A stretch of 64,000 bases of DNA from Halobacteriales archaeon QS_8_69_26. GTDB lineage: Archaea; Halobacteriota; Halobacteria; Halobacteriales; SW-7-71-33. A program made the position numbers and the translations under genes. Within the stretch, counting starts at the first letter, position 1; each line of letters opens with the position of its first letter. Positions 61,771 to 64,000 of the stretch are shown one piece after another. A model generated the notes under the pieces. It ran no database searches and was not told the origin of the DNA. It saw only the letters and a program-made list of their open reading frames with translations. Location: NCBI GenBank assembly GCA_003023195.1, contig PXRX01000043.1, forward strand, positions 16,643 through 80,642, in the 5' to 3' direction.

Positions 61771-61815
61771 TTATGTCCGTGGCAGGGACATGTGATACCG
61801 CTACACCACCAACGC
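61745..61815 (-). tRNA. tRNA-Gly (anticodon GCC), no intron, CCA not encoded
   Basis: The reverse complement is GCGTTGG TG GTGTAGCGGTATCAC A TGTCC CTGCCAC GGACA TAAC CCGGG TTCAAAT CCCGG CCAACGC A. It has a 7-bp acceptor stem, a 5-bp anticodon stem with loop CUGCCAC, and a canonical T arm. Confidence 0.9.
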
Positions 61816-61932
61816 TCGGCACGAAATCGTTCGACGAGGGACGGAATAAGCCTTCCGAAATGCCGTCGGTGCGACCGATCCGACCCACCATTTTGACGGT
61901 CGATCGCCCGCGTGTGCGAGGTTACGAGGAAT

Positions 61933-61954
61933 GTTACAGTAACGTTACTGTAAC
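61933..61954. promoter_or_regulatory. perfect 22-bp AT-rich palindrome
   Basis: gttacagtaac|gttactgtaac is exactly self-complementary. It lies ~120 bp upstream of the tRNA-Gly 5' end in a locally low-GC non-coding stretch. Confidence 0.5.
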
Positions 61955-62191
61955 GGTGGAAGGCCGACGGATCGGGGTACCGTCCCGGTGCCCCTCTTGT
62001 CACTCCGTCACGTGGCGGGGCAACGGTTAATGGATAGACGGGCGTCGTCACTCCCGATGGATTGATCCGCCAGGTCGGGGGTTGCCCGCCACGCGTTTCG
62101 CGGCCGTCGCTCACCGGTAGCCGTACGGAGGACCGCGCGGCACGGTAGCGGCCGGACCCCCGATCCACTCGTTTTTCGATTCGCCCTCGGT

Positions 62192-62275
62192 GGGACCCGT
62201 CGGTTCGACCGGTCACCACTCGTCGGTTCGACTGGTCACCACTCGTCGGTTCGACTGGTCACCACCCGACGGTCC
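62192..62275. repeat. 23-bp tandem repeat x~3
   Basis: ggtcaccactcgtcggttcgact occurs at 62211 and 62234. A partial copy ggtcaccacccgacggtc lies at 62257 and a partial leading copy at 62192. Confidence 0.9.
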
Positions 62276-62425
62276 CGCCGCTGGCGGGTCGCACGAACCA
62301 TCACCGACGGACGCCAGTTCACATCGACTACCCACACGACCGATGGACCACGACCGACCCCGGAGACGGGAACCGGACGAGACGAATCGAACGCGAACCG
62401 ACCGATCCGAGACGCCACGCATCCG

Positions 62426-63490
62426 ATGACCGACCGAACCATCCCGCGCGACCACATCGAACGAACAGTAGCGACGATCGACCCCGACTGGCGAGTCCTC
62501 GCGGCCGACCCGGCCGAGGGCGGGGCGCTCCCGGTCTACCGCCTCTCCGTCGAGACGCACGCTGGGACCCGGGAGTGCTACCTGAAGGCCAGCCCCGAGG
62601 GCGAGGACCCCTGGATCGACGTCGAGGCCCGCCTCCTCTCGTTGATCGGCGGGGCCACGTCGGTCCCGGTCCCCGAGGTGTACGGCGCGATAGACGAGGG
62701 CGGTGACCTCCCGGCGCCGTGTTTCCTGATGTCGGCCGTCGACGGACGGATCGTCGAGCGACCCGACTTCGGGACGGTCGACCCGTCGGTCCACGAAGGG
62801 ATCGCCCGCTCCGTCGGGGAACACCTGGCCGCCGTCCACGCGCTGGAGCCCTTCGAGGCCTACGGCTACCTGGAGGTGGCCGACGGCGAACCGCTTCGAG
62901 GGGAACGCCCGCCCGCCGACCCGTCGACCGTCCGCGTCGCGGACCCGACGGAGGACTGGCGCGAGCGGATGCGCCTGGAGGGCGACCACGAACTGGAGAA
63001 GGCCGCGGACACCCGCTTCGGCGACGCCGCGGACGGAGTGGCGTCGGTCCTCCACGAGCGCATCGACTGGCTCTCGGGGCCGTTTGAACCGCGGATCTGT
63101 CACGTGGACTTCGCCCTGGAGAACCTGCCCCACGACCCGGAGACGGGCGAGGTGCGGGGAATGATCGACTGGGCCTTCACCGTCGCCGCGCCGCCGGACT
63201 ACGACCTGCTCTACGCCGTCCGGAGTCTCTCCGGGGGGCACCTGCGTCTCGTCCCGGACACCCCGGACCGGCGCGACCTGGTCCGGTCGGCAGTAATCGA
63301 GGGCTACGAGTCGGCGGGATCGACGGCAGTCGTCGAACGCTACCGGGAGAACCGGGACGCCTACAGCCTGCTGGCCAAGGTCCGGGAGGCGAACATCTTC
63401 GAGTCGGCGTTCGACCACCCGGGGATCGGTGGGCAGCGACGGGAGGCGGCCGCCGAGCGCCTCGCGTCCGAACTGGCCGACCCGGGCTGA
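62426..63490 (+). CDS. aminoglycoside-phosphotransferase-fold (APH/choline-kinase family) kinase
   Basis: 354 aa. The Brenner motif is ICHVDFALENL (HxDxxxxN), followed by IDWAF (DxW metal-binding). Confidence 0.75.
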   Translation: MTDRTIPRDHIERTVATIDPDWRVLAADPAEGGALPVYRLSVETHAGTRECYLKASPEGEDPWIDVEARLLSLIGGATSVPVPEVYGAIDEGGDLPAPCFLMSAVDGRIVERPDFGTVDPSVHEGIARSVGEHLAAVHALEPFEAYGYLEVADGEPLRGERPPADPSTVRVADPTEDWRERMRLEGDHELEKAADTRFGDAADGVASVLHERIDWLSGPFEPRICHVDFALENLPHDPETGEVRGMIDWAFTVAAPPDYDLLYAVRSLSGGHLRLVPDTPDRRDLVRSAVIEGYESAGSTAVVERYRENRDAYSLLAKVREANIFESAFDHPGIGGQRREAAAERLASELADPG

Positions 63491-63706
63491 CCCGGTCCTG
63501 CCCTCGCTGATCCGGCTCGAACCGATCGAGTTCGTCCCGTCCTGAACCGGTCCGACCGCCGGGGGTGCCATGGTATCTCCGGGACGGCGACGGCCGACCT
63601 AGGCGTGCGATCGCGTCCCAACCCGGGGACGGATCCGCCACCCTTATACCGTCCCGCAGGCGAGGTACCGGCACAGTCTAGTGACACGGCGTGGACGCGC
63701 CCCGGC

Positions 63707-64000
63707 ATGACAGTCAGCGTACTCGTGCCCTCGTCCCTCGTCAGGGAGGCCGAGGACAAGCGGGAGGCGACCCGGAAGTTGGGATCCGTCGCCCGCGCGG
63801 CCACGGTCTTCCGGTGCGACCGCCTCGTGGTCTTCCCGGACCCCGAGGGGGAGCGACGATGGGGCGGCGGGTTCGTCGAAACCGTACTGTCGTACGCCGC
63901 GACGCCCCCCTACCTCCGAAAGGAGGTGTGGGGCGAGCGGGACGAACTGGAGTACGCGGGCGTCCTGCCGCCGCTCCGCGCCGCGTCACGGACCGGCTCC
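63707..64000 (+). CDS. putative SPOUT-fold RNA methyltransferase (DUF171-like), N-terminal part only
   Basis: My translation from ATG 63707 is MTVSVLVPSSLVREAEDKREATRKLGSVARAATVFRCDRLVVFPDPEGERRWGGGFVETVLSYAATPPYLRKEVWGERDELEYAGVLPPLR... This has the pattern of the archaeal DUF171 family. The gene runs off the right edge. Confidence 0.6.
   Translation, partial: MTVSVLVPSSLVREAEDKREATRKLGSVARAATVFRCDRLVVFPDPEGERRWGGGFVETVLSYAATPPYLRKEVWGERDELEYAGVLPPLRAASRTGS

Noticed and set aside
1-64000. An apparent abundance of GGATCC (BamHI-type) sites as evidence about restriction-modification.
   Set aside because: I cannot count or model expected frequencies reliably by eye. Gly-Ser, Asp-Pro and Arg-Ile-Arg codon pairs in a GC-rich acidic proteome may explain it. 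It is noted only as something to compute.

Overview
This is a very GC-rich window with an acidic predicted proteome. Leaderless-style AT-rich promoters sit directly upstream of start codons. It reads as ordinary chromosome of a haloarchaeon (class Halobacteria). I support about 55 protein genes and one tRNA (Gly-GCC). I see no rRNA, CRISPR array, transposase, integrase or recognisable defence genes. Most long ORFs in the six-frame track are R/P/G/S-rich antisense or out-of-frame shadows. Several track ORFs needed internal starts.

Gene content, left to right:
- HD hydrolase, TatD-like hydrolase and a SAM methyltransferase.
- An orphan pilB/pilC-type secretion ATPase and membrane platform pair.
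- A nucleoside-scavenging cluster: BMP-type ABC transporter, nucleoside hydrolase, deoC, ribokinase and a phosphohexomutase.
- A GlcD/GlcF-fusion FAD/Fe-S oxidoreductase (broken) and a GlmU-like enzyme.
- A multi-zinc-ribbon FHA protein, a DUF151 nuclease, a cupin, RtcA and a PAC2 chaperone (broken).
- A THUMP methylase, DUF488 and a MutS-like ATPase.
- A Usp / amino-acid-permease-Usp / TrkAH stress block (one permease broken).
- DoxX, hpt with its HTH partner, and an AIR-synthase-like protein.
- HMG-CoA synthase, a 1185-aa pilin-signal PKD/Ig surface protein, thioredoxin and an AstE-like enzyme.
- sdhCDB without sdhA, a MerB-like protein, a DTD-motif bacteriorhodopsin, tRNA-Gly, an APH-family kinase and a SPOUT fragment.

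The least ordinary signals:
1. Two 170-bp tandem units behind tRNA-Gly each re-start with the last 24 nt of the tRNA. Each unit has 13-bp terminal inverted repeats.
2. Short tandem duplications sit exactly on gene termini, duplicating stop or start codons.
3. There are three to four broken reading frames. One has a junction that codes best on the opposite strand.
4. The zinc-ribbon/FHA regulator has ArnA-like architecture.
5. A perfect 22-bp AT-rich palindrome lies in a 600-bp non-coding stretch.

No database search was possible. All family calls rest on motifs I can read in the translations.
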